Positions 47,485 to 58,759 of a DNA stretch of 64,000 nt are shown here, in pieces. The notes beneath the pieces are model-generated. The model saw only the letters and a list, made by a program, of their open reading frames with translations. It ran no database searches and was not told where the DNA came from. The DNA is from Candidatus Doudnabacteria bacterium (GTDB lineage Bacteria > Patescibacteriota > Doudnabacteria > UBA920), in the NCBI GenBank assembly GCA_963768175.1, contig CAVYGQ010000001.1:254305-318304 (forward strand). The letters are read 5' to 3'. Within the stretch, counting starts at the first letter, position 1. Each line of letters opens with the position of its first letter. The position numbers and the translations under genes are program-made.

Positions 47485-49311
47485 CTTTTTCTTTTCAATT
47501 TCCATCTTAATCTTTTTCACAAACTTTTTCAGCGGCATAACACCCAAATCTTTGCCTTCGCGGGTCCTGACCGCGATTTTTCCGCCGGAGACGGATCCGC
47601 CTTTGGCGGATTTCGCTTCTTTTTCACCGACAATTATCTGGTATGGAATTTTTTGCATGCTGGCCTCGCGGATTTTTTTGCCTATTGATTCATCTCTGTC
47701 ATCAAGCTCAATTCTTAATTCTTGATTCATAATTCCTAATTCCTTCATAACTTTTTTAGCATAAACATTTTGCTTCCTTGAAATCGGCAAAATCTTTACC
47801 TGAACCGGTGACAACCACAAAGGCAAAGAGCCGGCGTAATGTTCAATGAGCAAACCGATAAAACGTTCAAGGGAGCCGTAAATTACGCGGTGAATGGCCA
47901 CAGGAGTCTTGCGCGATCCGTCTTGGGCAATGTATTCCAAACCAAACCGCTTGGGCTGTTGGAAATCCAACTGAATGGTCCCCGTTTGCCACTGCCGGCC
48001 GAGCGCGTCTTTCATTAAAATATCAATCTTCGGCCCGTAAAACGCGCCGTCGCCCGCTTCTATGGAATACTCTTTGCCGGATTTGTCCAATATCCGTTTT
48101 AGCGCGGCTTCGGCGTTATTCCAAGTGGCAACATCGCCCATAAATTTCTCCGGCCTGGTTCCCAAACGGTAGCGGTATTGCATTTTAAAAATCCCGTAAA
48201 ATAATTTGGTAATTTCAAATACCCTGGCGTATTCCGCTTCTATCATTTCTTCGGTAATAAAAATATGGGCGTCGTCCTGCCGAAACTCCCGCACGCGGAG
48301 CAATCCGTTTAAAGTTCCGGCCAGCTCATAACGGTGCAGCATATCGGTGTCGGAAAATCTTAGCGGGAGATCTTTGTAACTGCGCAGGCGAGAGCCAAAC
48401 ACCACCATGGCATTGGGACAGTTCATGGCCTTAATGCCGTATTCTTCGTTTTCCCCCATATTTGCCATAAACATATCGTGCCAATAGTGTTCAAAATGCC
48501 CCGAAGTCCGGAATAATTCTTTTTTATTAAGCAAAGGAGAGACAATTTCCTGATAACCGCGCTTGGCATGCTCCTTGCGCCAAAAATCTATCAGCTGATT
48601 GTACAAAATTACTCCCTTGGGCAGCCAATAAGGCATCCCGGGCGACGTGTGATGAAACATAAACAGTTCCAACTTGGGTCCCAAAACTTTATGGTCGCGC
48701 TTAGCGGCTTCTTCAAGCAATTTTAGATGCTTATCAAGTTCTTGTTTGGTCTCAAACGCGATGCCGTAAATCCGCTGCATTTGCGGGTTTTTTTGGTCGC
48801 CGCGCCAGTAAGCACCGCTAACTTTATCCAGCTTAAAGGCGTCGGTTCTTATTTGCGAAGTATTATCAACGTGCCCGCCGCGGCAGAGGTCTATAAACTT
48901 GCCGGTTTTATAAAGAGAAACTTGACTTACTGTTGGCGAAGGTGTGCCTCCAGTTGTAATCGCAAATTCTTGATCAAAAATTTTGTCAGTCCTACCATAT
49001 TTTTCTATATCTTCTATTAGCTGAACTTTAAACGGCTGGTTTTGTTTTTTAAAAAATTCTTTGGCTTCGGCCGTGGTCATCTCCATCCGTTCAAACGGCA
49101 ATTTGGATTGCGCCAACGCCCGCATTCTTTTTTCCAATACCTTAATATCTGAAGGCTGAAGGGGGCGGGGGAGCAGAAAATCATAAAAAAAGCCGTTTTC
49201 AATAACCGGCCCGACTCCCAATTGCGCCTTGGGAAATATTTCCAAAACCGCCGACGCAAGAAGGTGCGCGAGTGAGTGGCGTAAGTTATGTAATTTTTCG
49301 TTGCCATCCAT
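47482..49311 (-). CDS. thrS: threonine--tRNA ligase (no N-terminal TGS domain)
   Basis: Editing/second additional domain HSLAHLL, class II core, C-terminal anticodon-binding domain. Confidence 0.9.
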   Translation of the reverse strand: MDGNEKLHNLRHSLAHLLASAVLEIFPKAQLGVGPVIENGFFYDFLLPRPLQPSDIKVLEKRMRALAQSKLPFERMEMTTAEAKEFFKKQNQPFKVQLIEDIEKYGRTDKIFDQEFAITTGGTPSPTVSQVSLYKTGKFIDLCRGGHVDNTSQIRTDAFKLDKVSGAYWRGDQKNPQMQRIYGIAFETKQELDKHLKLLEEAAKRDHKVLGPKLELFMFHHTSPGMPYWLPKGVILYNQLIDFWRKEHAKRGYQEIVSPLLNKKELFRTSGHFEHYWHDMFMANMGENEEYGIKAMNCPNAMVVFGSRLRSYKDLPLRFSDTDMLHRYELAGTLNGLLRVREFRQDDAHIFITEEMIEAEYARVFEITKLFYGIFKMQYRYRLGTRPEKFMGDVATWNNAEAALKRILDKSGKEYSIEAGDGAFYGPKIDILMKDALGRQWQTGTIQLDFQQPKRFGLEYIAQDGSRKTPVAIHRVIYGSLERFIGLLIEHYAGSLPLWLSPVQVKILPISRKQNVYAKKVMKELGIMNQELRIELDDRDESIGKKIREASMQKIPYQIIVGEKEAKSAKGGSVSGGKIAVRTREGKDLGVMPLKKFVKKIKMEIEKKK

Positions 49312-49822
49312 AAAATTATTAGCGATATTAATAATACTAATCGCATACGAACGATACTAATTCGTGATTCGTGTCATTCGTATCCAATTCGTATATTCGT
49401 ATATTAGTGTCGGTTATAAACACAAAACCCCAGAACTTCACCATCGATACTCGATAATGAAATTCCGGGGTCTCAATGCGCCCTCCTTCGCTGAAGCTTC
49501 GGAGGACAAGAGACGTTTCCGTCCCAGAATATCCCCGATGATTTACATCGGAAATCTTTTCATCCGCTATGGCTCTAGAACCAAAACAGATTTATTGCCG
49601 TTTGTTTCAAACTCCCCGGTTGGTGGCCGGATCAACATTTGAAGAACTAAAATAACTATAACATATGCCTTAATTTGAAGCAACAACGTTTTCCACAATA
49701 AATTTAGGCTTATATAAACCAAATTTTTGGTAAAGCTTTGACAAAAAGGATTTTACGATATAGCTTATGCTTATCAGGCTCACTCGCAGTCAGGAGGTGA
49801 ACTGATAGAAAAGAGGAATTCT

Positions 49823-49927
49823 ATGTTGATCGCAGGCGCGATCGCAGTCGGTGTAATCGGGTTGGTGGCCCTATACATCACCCGCAAACGCAAAGGCGCC
49901 GACCTCAGCATGCACTTGAATGATTAG
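49823..49927 (+). CDS. 34-aa single-TM peptide (GC-rich island)
   Basis: AGAGGA SD; MLIAGAIAVGVIGLVALYITRKRKGADLSMHLND; directly followed by the SD of the next gene. Confidence 0.4.
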   Translation: MLIAGAIAVGVIGLVALYITRKRKGADLSMHLND

Positions 49928-49935
49928 GAGGGCTC

Positions 49936-50385
49936 ATGGGCATCCTGCGCAAAATCACCGCCATCGCGCGGTGGATCGGCGAGCACAACAGGGAGCCGCG
50001 CTACCCCTATTCAGGAGGGATGCCAACCTCCGAGTACCTGTGGTTCCTGTCGCTCGTGGTTGGAATTCTGTGTGTAGCAGCCATCTCTAAAGCCAGCCAG
50101 TACGGCTGGTGGGTGCCAGTACTCGTCTCGGCATTCTGGAGTGCGCTGTTTGGAGCCGGCCTATCGGTATACTTGCAGAGCCGCCGGGCGACGTGGGCAA
50201 TCATCGCCACGTACTTGCTGTGCGGGGCGATGGTAACCGGAGCCTTCCAGATTTCCCCAGCATTGAGCGCGATTATGGCCGCCCCGGTCGGGCCGCTATA
50301 CGTGCTGGCGGCGTTAACGACGAACCCGCCGGTTCAGCGAACCGGCGGTTCAACAACCAGCGGCCGCCGCAACACGGCCGCATAG
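49936..50385 (+). CDS. hypothetical 4-TM membrane protein, compositionally foreign (about 60% GC)
   Basis: TAGGAGGG SD; codon usage and GC differ sharply from flanking thrS and dnaE. Confidence 0.55.
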   Translation: MGILRKITAIARWIGEHNREPRYPYSGGMPTSEYLWFLSLVVGILCVAAISKASQYGWWVPVLVSAFWSALFGAGLSVYLQSRRATWAIIATYLLCGAMVTGAFQISPALSAIMAAPVGPLYVLAALTTNPPVQRTGGSTTSGRRNTAA

Positions 50386-50565
50386 CGGAAAGGAGGTCTA
50401 GATGAAAGCAAAACCGCCGCCGTGAGGTCCTATCCCTCCGGCGGCACGAATTTTTTACAGGGGTCTTTTTTTCTTCTGTACGCTACACGCTAACCGCTAT
50501 AAGCTTAATCCACCTCTCGACTACGCTCGGGGTGAATTAAAATTTTGTACAACAACGACAAAATT

Positions 50566-53500
50566 TTAATTCACATCCACCATATCTATCTGCGGAATCA
50601 GCCGCAATTTCGTCATCAGTTCGTTACTCATCGCCACTTGCGACTGGGTTTTTATTTTTTTTGCCCCCAAACCCGAGCCGACCGACAAATAAACCTGGAC
50701 GTTGCCCGGATGGGTTTGCAAAATATTTTTTATCTTGTTTAAAACATCTTTTTCGGCCAACGCCGACATATGCAAAACCACCTGCCGCTTTTTTTCCATT
50801 TGGCTCAGCGCCGTTGTGTATAAGTCGTCGTTCGGAAGCTCCGTAATTGTGTCCGCGATTAATTTAAACTCCTCGTCCTTGTCGGAAAGCCGGCCGGTAA
50901 CCTGCACAATTTTATCGTTTTCCAAAAACGGCAAACTTTTTTCCATGACTGTGGGGAAAACCAATACCTCTATGCTGCCGGTGAAATCTTCCAGGATAAA
51001 AAAGGCCATTGGGTCGTTCTTGCGCGTTAAAGTCCTCTTCATGCGGGAAACAATGCCCCCCATGACCACGTTTGCCCCAAGCTCGTCCAAAGTCAGGCTT
51101 TTAACCGTCCTTAAAGTAGCCAGCACTTTGCCGTAAGCATCCAGTGGATGCGCCGAAACATACATGCCCAAGTGCTCTTTTTCCCAAAGCAATTTTTCCT
51201 CTTTGGTGGCCGCCACAGATTCCCTTAATTTTAGTTTGCCGGCCTGCAAAGATTTGCCGAACAGGGAGTTTTGGCCGCTGGCTTCATTTTTAAAATGCTG
51301 CCGCACGAAGTCCAAAACTTCTTCGGTGTTATTAAGCAGCTGGCCGCGTTCGCCAAAAGCATCCAGCGCTCCGGCCTTAACCAAAGCTTCCCAGGACTTT
51401 TTGTTAAGATTTTTGGTATGAGATTTTATAAGGAAGTCTTCAAGGGATTGGAAATCGGCTTGGCCGGAAGTCGGACTTGATGAATTTTCCGATTTTCCGA
51501 TTTTCCGATTTTCCGATCTAACCTGTATAATCTTCTCTATCACATCGCTCCCCAAATTTTTAATCGCGTTTAGGCCAAAGCGGATAGTTTTGTCATCAAC
51601 TACGGTAAAATCGCCGAGCGATTCGTTTACATCCGGCGGCAAAACGGCAATACCCAAAGCCTGGCAGTCTTCCACGGCTTCGTAAATTTTTTCTTCGTCA
51701 CCGGACTCCGCGGTCATAAGCGCGGCCATAAATTCCACCGGAAAATTGGCCTTCATATAGGCGGTTTGGTAGCTGACAATGGCATACGAAGCCGAGTGCG
51801 CCTTGTTAAAACCATAAGCCGCAAACGGCTCTATCCACGTCCAAATTTGCGTAGCCTTTTCAAAGCTCCATTTGGAAGTTTCCTGGCAGCCCTGGATAAA
51901 CTTAATTTTTTGCTTGGCCATTTCCTCGGGAATTTTTTTGCCCACGGCTTTGCGGAACTTGTCCACCTCTTCCCAGGTATAGCCGGCCAAATCGTGCGCA
52001 ATAGTCAAAAGATCATCCTGGTAAACCAGCACCCCGTAAGTCCGGGAAAGGATTTTTTCCAGCGCCGGATCAAAGTATTTTATTAATTTTGGGTTGTTTT
52101 TGCGGGCAATGTACTCGGGAATAAACTGCATCGGACCAGGGCGGTAAAGCGCTATCATGGCCATAATGTCAAAAATTGACGACGGCTTGAGTTCGCGCAA
52201 ATACCGCGTCATGCCCGAAGAGCCCAGCTGGAACACGCCAAAAGTTAAACCCTCCGATAACAATTTAAAAGTTTTCGGGTCGGGATGGGGGAGATTGTAA
52301 ATATCTATCTTCACGCCGTGGCGCTGCTCCGTCATTTTTACCGCTGATTCCAGAATGCTAAGGTTGCGGATACCCAACAAATCCAGCTTGACCACGCCCA
52401 AAGCTTTGCCGTTGGCGTTAACGTCCAAAGCGTACATATCGTACTGGGTAATAATTCTTTCGCCGTCCGGCTCTTTTTGCAGCGGCATATAGTCGGTAAG
52501 GACGGTTGGGGTAATCACGATTCCGGCGGCGTGCATGGAGGCGTGGCGCGCGCAACCTTCCAGTTTTTTGGCGATTTCCAAAACGTGCCGGGTCTCCGGA
52601 TCATGGTCATAAATTTCCTTGAGCTCCGGACTTTTTCCCAAAGCCTTGTCCAAAGTCATTTGGAAACCCTGCTTGCCCAATCGGGATCATTTTGGCAATT
52701 TGGTCGCACTTGGAATAAGGCACGGCCAGCGCGCGGCCGGCATCGCGCACCGCGGCGCGCGCGGTCATGGTGCCAAAAGTAATAATTTGCGCGACTTTAT
52801 CTTTGCCGTAGTGTTCGGTAATATATTCTATGACCTCGTCACGGCGGTTGTCGGCAATATCCAAATCAATATCGGGCGGGGTGGGGCGATGCATGGTTAA
52901 AAAACGCTCAAACGGCAATTCATAATAAAGCGGGTCAACGTTGGTAATGCCCAAAATGCGCCCGACAATACTGCCGGCGGCGCTGCCCCTGGTGTTGGTA
53001 ATGGCGCCGATGTCATGCGCTCCCGCTACCACATCGGCCACCATTAAAAAATAAGTGTCAAAACCTTTTTTACAGATAATGTTCAGCTCGTAATCTATGC
53101 GCTGCTTGATGTCTTCGGGCAGGCGGCCGCTTTGGCCGTAAAGCGGCAACGCTTTTTCATAAGTAATCTTTTTAAGATATTCTTCGGATGTTTCGCCTTC
53201 CGGAATTTTAACTTTGGGAAAATATCGTCTGGTTAATTAATATTTCCAAATCGCACAGGTCGGCGACTTTTTGGGTGTTTTCCAAAGCTTCGGGCAAATC
53301 GGAAAACAGTTCCCACATCTTTTCCGGCGATTTTAAGGAAAGCTCGTAGCCGCGCATATCCAAACGGTCCTGGTCGTTTACCGTGCGTCCCGTGCCAATA
53401 CAAACCAGCACGTCCTGGGCCTCGGCGTCCTCGGGATAGATATAATGGCAGTCGGCGGTGGCGACAATGCCAAGATTATTCTTTTTGGCCAGAGCGATTA

Positions 53501-54074
53501 GTTTTTGGTTCAATTCTTCTTCCTTTGGATCTTTTGACTTGCTGTTTCTCTGAATTTCAATAAACAGCTTCTCGGGTCCAAAAATGTCCAAATATTTTCC
53601 CAAAACTTTTTGCGCCTCGGTTTCGGACTTGTTTGTTACCGCGCGCGCGATTTCCCCGCGCTGGCAACCGGACAGGCAAAGCAACCCTCCAGAGTGCTGT
53701 TTTAACAAAGCAAGGTCTATTCTCGGCTTATAATAAAACCCGCGTAAGTGGGCCTCGGTGGTGAGCTTGATTAAATTTTTATATCCGGAGTTGTTTTGGG
53801 CGAGCAAAATCAAATGATGGTAGTCCGCGTCCACCCTGCCTTCCTTTTCCTCCATGCCGCGCGGCGCTATGTAGGCTTCCAGCCCGACAATGGGTTTTAT
53901 TCCGGCTTCCCTACACTTGTTGTAAAATTCAATTGTCCCGTACATCACGCCGTGATCGGTAACGGCCAGCGCTTCCATACCGAGCTCTTTGGCGCGTTCA
54001 ATCAGCGGGTCAATTTTTGACAACCCGTCAAGCAGGGAATAATGGGAGTGGCAATGGAGATGGGTAAAGGTCAT
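50566..54074 (-). pseudogene. dnaE: DNA polymerase III alpha subunit (dnaE) interrupted by two apparent frameshifts (ORFs 53208-54074, 52607-53149(-53237), 50566-52680)
   Basis: PHP domain (HLHCHSHYSLLDG), palm/fingers, OB domain in three consecutive frames; shifts at about 53213-53224 (tattttcccaaa) and about 52650-52680 (cagggtttcc). Confidence 0.8.
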
Positions 54075-54240
54075 TGAGCAAAATTGACAAAAATGACATA
54101 AATGAGCAAAAATTAAGTGCAGACTATTCTTGTCAATTTTGTCATTTTTTTAATTTTTGTCATTTCCTCTCTAGTGTACCAAAAAACGGCCAACTTTGCT
54201 ATAATGACTTTAGCGAGAAAAATAAAAAATCAATCACCAA

Positions 54241-55116
54241 ATGTCCCTTTTAAAAGACAAAATCGAGCTGGATGTTCAGGAAGCCGAACTTTACACGCAA
54301 AAAAAATTAAGCCAGTTTCCGCCCGTGCTAATTTGGCTCATTGTTTTGGCACTTTTGGCGGTTATCCCGGCTTACTACATTTCCAGAAGCTTATCGCAAA
54401 AAATTTGGCTGGCCCGCTATGAGCAAGGCGCTATTGTGGCCAAACCAAGCTTTACCAATCCGCAAGCGCCACAAATTTCGCCTGTAACTTTAACCAATTC
54501 CGGCTCTGGGGGTATTGCCGCAGTAGTACAAATCAGCAATCAAAATTTGGATTTATCCATTGACAATGTCCCGTACAGTTTTACTTTTTATAACGCGCAA
54601 AAACAACAAATTTACCAGTACCAAAATACGCTCTTTTTGCTGCCAAACCAGGCCAAATATGTTACGGCGCCGAAGTTTACCCCAAGTCAGCCCATAGCTT
54701 ACAGCAATTTTGGGCTGCCCCAAACCCTTCCCTGGCAAAAGCGGCTGGCCATTCCTACCGTAAACTTCTCAACATCGCAACCCCAAACTTTTGAGCAAAC
54801 CTCTCCCATAGCCTTTGTGGCGCAAGGGGATTTTGTCAATAATAGCCCATACACTTTAGGCACAGTGCATTTAACTTTTGTTCTGTTTGACCAAAGCAAT
54901 AACATTATCGGCATAAGCCAGCGGGATGAATTTACCGTCGCCCCGTTTGAACGCCGCGCCTACAAACAGCTTTGGCCTAATATGGTTGCGCCCAATTTAA
55001 ACCGCATAGACGTAACCGCCGATACCAATACTTTAGACCCAAACAACCTTTCCGCGCCTGGAATAAATTCCAATTCTTCCTCCGATTTAAGCCGGCCTGC
55101 GACAAGGCAACAATAA
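54241..55116 (+). CDS. hypothetical membrane-anchored protein (291 aa)
   Basis: One N-terminal TM helix; Q/N/T-rich extracytoplasmic region. Confidence 0.45.
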   Translation: MSLLKDKIELDVQEAELYTQKKLSQFPPVLIWLIVLALLAVIPAYYISRSLSQKIWLARYEQGAIVAKPSFTNPQAPQISPVTLTNSGSGGIAAVVQISNQNLDLSIDNVPYSFTFYNAQKQQIYQYQNTLFLLPNQAKYVTAPKFTPSQPIAYSNFGLPQTLPWQKRLAIPTVNFSTSQPQTFEQTSPIAFVAQGDFVNNSPYTLGTVHLTFVLFDQSNNIIGISQRDEFTVAPFERRAYKQLWPNMVAPNLNRIDVTADTNTLDPNNLSAPGINSNSSSDLSRPATRQQ

Positions 55117-55182
55117 GCATCCTTAATCCATTATCCTCGGCACCGGTAAAAGATAAATGATTAAGGATAGAGGATAACCATT

Positions 55183-56283
55183 TTGTTTTCTTTTTTAAAC
55201 CGGTTTAAATATTTTGACGTGCCGCTTTTGGTTTGCACCCTGCTACTAGTAGCGGCGGGGCTGGCCACGCTGTACGCCACCACGCTCTCGGACGCGAGCT
55301 CCGCGGTGTTTTTCCGCCAGTTGTTATTTTTGGGTTTAGGCTTGGCGGCTTTTTTGTTTTTAAGTTTCTTTGATTACCACGCCTTGGCCAAAACCAACCG
55401 GATAATTTATGTCGTGCTGGTTTCTTTGCTTTTATATTTAACCGTGTTCGGCTCCTTAGTCCGCGGCGGCAGGCGCTGGGTAGATTTCGGGATTACCCGC
55501 TTCCAACCGGCCGAATTTGTAAAATTTACGGTAATTTTAGGTCTATCGCGTTTGCTTTATTTAAAACGCGGCCAAATCAATTCCTATAAAACCATCCTCT
55601 GGACTTTGGCTTACGCCTTGGTGCCGGCGGCACTAGTTGCGCTTGAGCCGGATTTGGGTTCGGCAATTATTATTTCCGGCATTTGGATTGGCATCATCTT
55701 AATTAGTCCGATTAAGAAAAAATATTTGGCGGTAATATTTGCCGCGTTTTTGGTTTTCACCGGTGTGACCTGGAAATTTGTTTTAAAAGATTTCCAAAAA
55801 GCCCGCATAGAGGTATTTTTAAACCCAGGGCTCGATCCGCGCGGCCGCGGTTATAATGTGCGTCAGGCGACCATTGCCGTGGGCAGCGGGGAATTTACCG
55901 GAACGGGGCTCGGGAAAGGCGTGGAAAGCCAGAGGAAATTTTTACCCGAACGCCAAACCGATTTTATTTTTGCCGCCAGCAGCGAAGAAATCGGCTTTTT
56001 AGGTTCCGCCAGCTTGCTTGGTTTATATTTTTTCCTCCTTTTTAGGCTGCTTAGAATTATGAAAAACGCCAAAGACGATTTAGGCATGTACTTGGCGGGC
56101 GGCATATTTTTCTTTTTCTTTCTGCACGTATTTATAAACATCGGCATGAACATCGGACTTTTGCCGGTAACCGGCATCCCCCTGCCCTTTGTTTCCGCCG
56201 GCGGCAGCTCGCTGGTTGTTTGCCTCATGCTTTTGGGCGTTTTGCAGAACGTGTCCATCCAGTCCAAAGCTTTGCGGTTTTAG
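55183..56283 (+). CDS. SEDS-family peptidoglycan glycosyltransferase (RodA/FtsW)
   Basis: 10 TM helices; EP.LGSA..., GxGxSxxK, PxxGIPLPFxSxGGSS motifs. Confidence 0.85.
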   Translation: MFSFLNRFKYFDVPLLVCTLLLVAAGLATLYATTLSDASSAVFFRQLLFLGLGLAAFLFLSFFDYHALAKTNRIIYVVLVSLLLYLTVFGSLVRGGRRWVDFGITRFQPAEFVKFTVILGLSRLLYLKRGQINSYKTILWTLAYALVPAALVALEPDLGSAIIISGIWIGIILISPIKKKYLAVIFAAFLVFTGVTWKFVLKDFQKARIEVFLNPGLDPRGRGYNVRQATIAVGSGEFTGTGLGKGVESQRKFLPERQTDFIFAASSEEIGFLGSASLLGLYFFLLFRLLRIMKNAKDDLGMYLAGGIFFFFFLHVFINIGMNIGLLPVTGIPLPFVSAGGSSLVVCLMLLGVLQNVSIQSKALRF

Positions 56284-56306
56284 GGTTTATCTGATAAAAT
56301 TAAGGC

Positions 56307-56717
56307 ATGAAAAACGATATGTCCCGCGGAGCGGGATCCGCCTTTGGCGGAAAAAACTTTGACTTTAAAAGGATCATCGAATGGCTCGGGGTAATTTTAA
56401 AGTGCCCAATTTGCGGCGCCAAGTACAACATCGATAAAACCCGGGTGGTGGAAAGCGAGCAGGACGAAGTTTACGGCGAGGCCAGAGTATTAATCCATTC
56501 CGACTGCGGCAAATGCAAAAGTTCGGTAATGTTCAATGTTGAAATCCGCGGACCGGAAGTTTTTAGCGTGGGCATGGTTACGGACCTCACCGGCCAGGAC
56601 AGCTCCAAGTTTAACAAGCTCGGCCCCATTAAAACCAACGAAATTATCAACATCCACCAAAACCTAAAAGGCTTTAAAGGGGATTTTGTCTCCTTGTTTA
56701 CCAGCAAGCCAAAATAG
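56307..56717 (+). CDS. hypothetical zinc-ribbon protein (CPICG...CGKC)
   Basis: Two CxxC pairs; no family assigned. Confidence 0.45.
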   Translation: MKNDMSRGAGSAFGGKNFDFKRIIEWLGVILKCPICGAKYNIDKTRVVESEQDEVYGEARVLIHSDCGKCKSSVMFNVEIRGPEVFSVGMVTDLTGQDSSKFNKLGPIKTNEIINIHQNLKGFKGDFVSLFTSKPK

Positions 56718-56956
56718 CAAAGTGGCATTTCTTACAAAGCCCTTGCCAAAGCAGGGGTTTTTTGATAGAATTATCAAGTCCCGCACCAATTTTAATAAGC
56801 CAACACTAATTAAAGTCATTAGTTCTAAAACGCAATCAATATCTTTCTATTGGAATGGTTTGTTGAAATTTGTACGGGATAAAATCTAAATTTTAAGGTT
56901 TTGTGAGTACCCTGAGCGTAGTCGAAGGGGATGGGCAAAGCCGGGCAAGGATCAAA

Positions 56957-57757
56957 ATGGAGAAACTCCAACTTAAAGCAGCCGTTCGCGACGTAAAAAA
57001 AGACAAGCCGGGAAAAATGCGCAAAAACGGACAGCTGCCCGCAATTTTGTATGGACACAAAATCCCTAATTTAACGCTATCGATAAATGCCAGAGAATTT
57101 GACAAGGTTCTCAAAAAAGCCGGCGAAAGCACTATCGTGGAATTAATAACCGATGACGGCAAAGTCCACCCGGTGCTGATTCACGAATTCCAAAAGCATT
57201 ATTTAACCAGCGTTCCTACCCACGTTGATTTTTACCAAATCAGCATGACCGAAAAACTCAAAGCCAAAGTTGCTTTGGACTTTGTCGGTGAAAGCAAAGC
57301 CGTAAAAGAACTGGGCGGGGTGCTGGTAAAAGTACTAAACGAAGTGGAAGTGGAATGTTTGCCGGTGGATTTGCCGCACAGCATTGCGGTAAGCTTAAAC
57401 TCCTTGGTAACCCTGCAGGATTCCGTCCACGTTAAAGACTTGTCCGCTCCGGCCAAAGTTAAAATTGTAACTCCGGGCGACGAAATGATTGTTAAAGTCC
57501 AGCCGCCCAGGGATGTGGAAGCCGAATTGGCGACTCCGGTAGTGGAAGATGTAAGCAAAGTTGAAGGCGCCGCGGAAGAAAAACCGGCTGCTGAAGGTGA
57601 AGTTAAAACGGCCGATAAGGGCGAAAAGGCAGAAAAGACCGATAAGCCGGAAAAAGCCGAGAAGGAACAAAAACCCGCCAAAGGCGGAACTCAGCCAAAG
57701 GCTGACCAGCCTCTGGCTGGCGCAAAAACCCCCGGCGGAAAAGAAGAAAAAAAGTAA
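56957..57757 (+). CDS. rplY: 50S ribosomal protein L25 / general stress protein Ctc (with a K/E/A-rich C-terminal tail)
   Basis: MEKLQLKAAVRD...GQLPAILYG; the annotated ORF start at 56903 lies inside a Family-2 repeat fragment. Confidence 0.8.
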   Translation: MEKLQLKAAVRDVKKDKPGKMRKNGQLPAILYGHKIPNLTLSINAREFDKVLKKAGESTIVELITDDGKVHPVLIHEFQKHYLTSVPTHVDFYQISMTEKLKAKVALDFVGESKAVKELGGVLVKVLNEVEVECLPVDLPHSIAVSLNSLVTLQDSVHVKDLSAPAKVKIVTPGDEMIVKVQPPRDVEAELATPVVEDVSKVEGAAEEKPAAEGEVKTADKGEKAEKTDKPEKAEKEQKPAKGGTQPKADQPLAGAKTPGGKEEKK

Positions 57758-57839
57758 AGGCTTTTTAACCCCGCCCCGAACGAAGTCGAGGGGCGGAGTT
57801 TTTGTATGTCGACAATATAATTTGATATACTTCCTAAGT

Positions 57840-58727
57840 ATGGGACTGGAAAAAAATAAATTTTCTATCTCCGTTTTAATCTTACTTATTTTGGCCTGCT
57901 TGGCTGCGGCTTATTTTTACCGTCAAAGGCTTGCGGGCCAATCAAATTCGGACGTTTTAAACTACAGCAGCATAGTCAAGCCGGAAGATTTTGCGCCTTT
58001 GCCGGTCTCGCCGCAGTCCCTAAAAAACGGCCGCACGCTGGCAATACCAATTTTAATGTACCATCACGTAGGGGATTGGCCTAAAGCTGCCGACGAAACC
58101 CTTGCGGACTTGACTGTCCCCACAGCCAATTTTGAAGCCGAGGTTAAATGGCTGAACAATAACGGCTACACCGGCATCAGTTTGGAAGACATCTATCTTT
58201 ACAGCCAAGGCAAATTCACCATGCCTCAAAAGCCGGTGGTCTTTACCTTTGACGACGGCTACCTAGACGCTTATGCAAATGCGGTGCCGATTTTAAAAAA
58301 ATACGGCTACACCGGCAGCTTTGGCATAATTACCCAAAACCCCGGAACCACAAACGGGAATAATGTCTACGCTTCCTGGAACGATATTGTCCAAGCTTAC
58401 CTGGGCGGCAATGAAATTGTCTCGCACACCCAAAATCACTTTGACGGCTCCAGCCCCAAATTCACCGCCGGCTATATTTTCCAAAACCTTTCCGGCTCAA
58501 TTTCCGACATAAAGCAGCACCTAAGTACAATCACAAATATCTTAATTTATCCCTATGGCCATTACACCGCAACCTACCTTGAGCAGGCAAAAAAAGCCGG
58601 CTTTGTAATGGGCATAACCGTCCATGAAGGCAAGTTTGTGGATTTGGATAATTTAATGGAAGTTCCGCGTATCCGAGTCCACGGCGCCGAGACTCTGGAA
58701 AAATTTGAAAAGTCAATATTAAAATAG
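57840..58727 (+). CDS. polysaccharide deacetylase (NodB-homology domain) with N-terminal TM anchor
   Basis: FTFDDGY, HT.NH motifs. Confidence 0.8.
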   Translation: MGLEKNKFSISVLILLILACLAAAYFYRQRLAGQSNSDVLNYSSIVKPEDFAPLPVSPQSLKNGRTLAIPILMYHHVGDWPKAADETLADLTVPTANFEAEVKWLNNNGYTGISLEDIYLYSQGKFTMPQKPVVFTFDDGYLDAYANAVPILKKYGYTGSFGIITQNPGTTNGNNVYASWNDIVQAYLGGNEIVSHTQNHFDGSSPKFTAGYIFQNLSGSISDIKQHLSTITNILIYPYGHYTATYLEQAKKAGFVMGITVHEGKFVDLDNLMEVPRIRVHGAETLEKFEKSILK

Positions 58728-58759
58728 TCCGGAATAGTCCAATTTCATGTTTCATGACT

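Noticed and set aside
49364-49642. 92-aa ORF spanning the leader motif and GC-rich non-coding segment
   Set aside because: It starts inside the repeat/promoter-like motif, has no SD, and its translation is low-complexity. The region is more likely RNA or regulatory.
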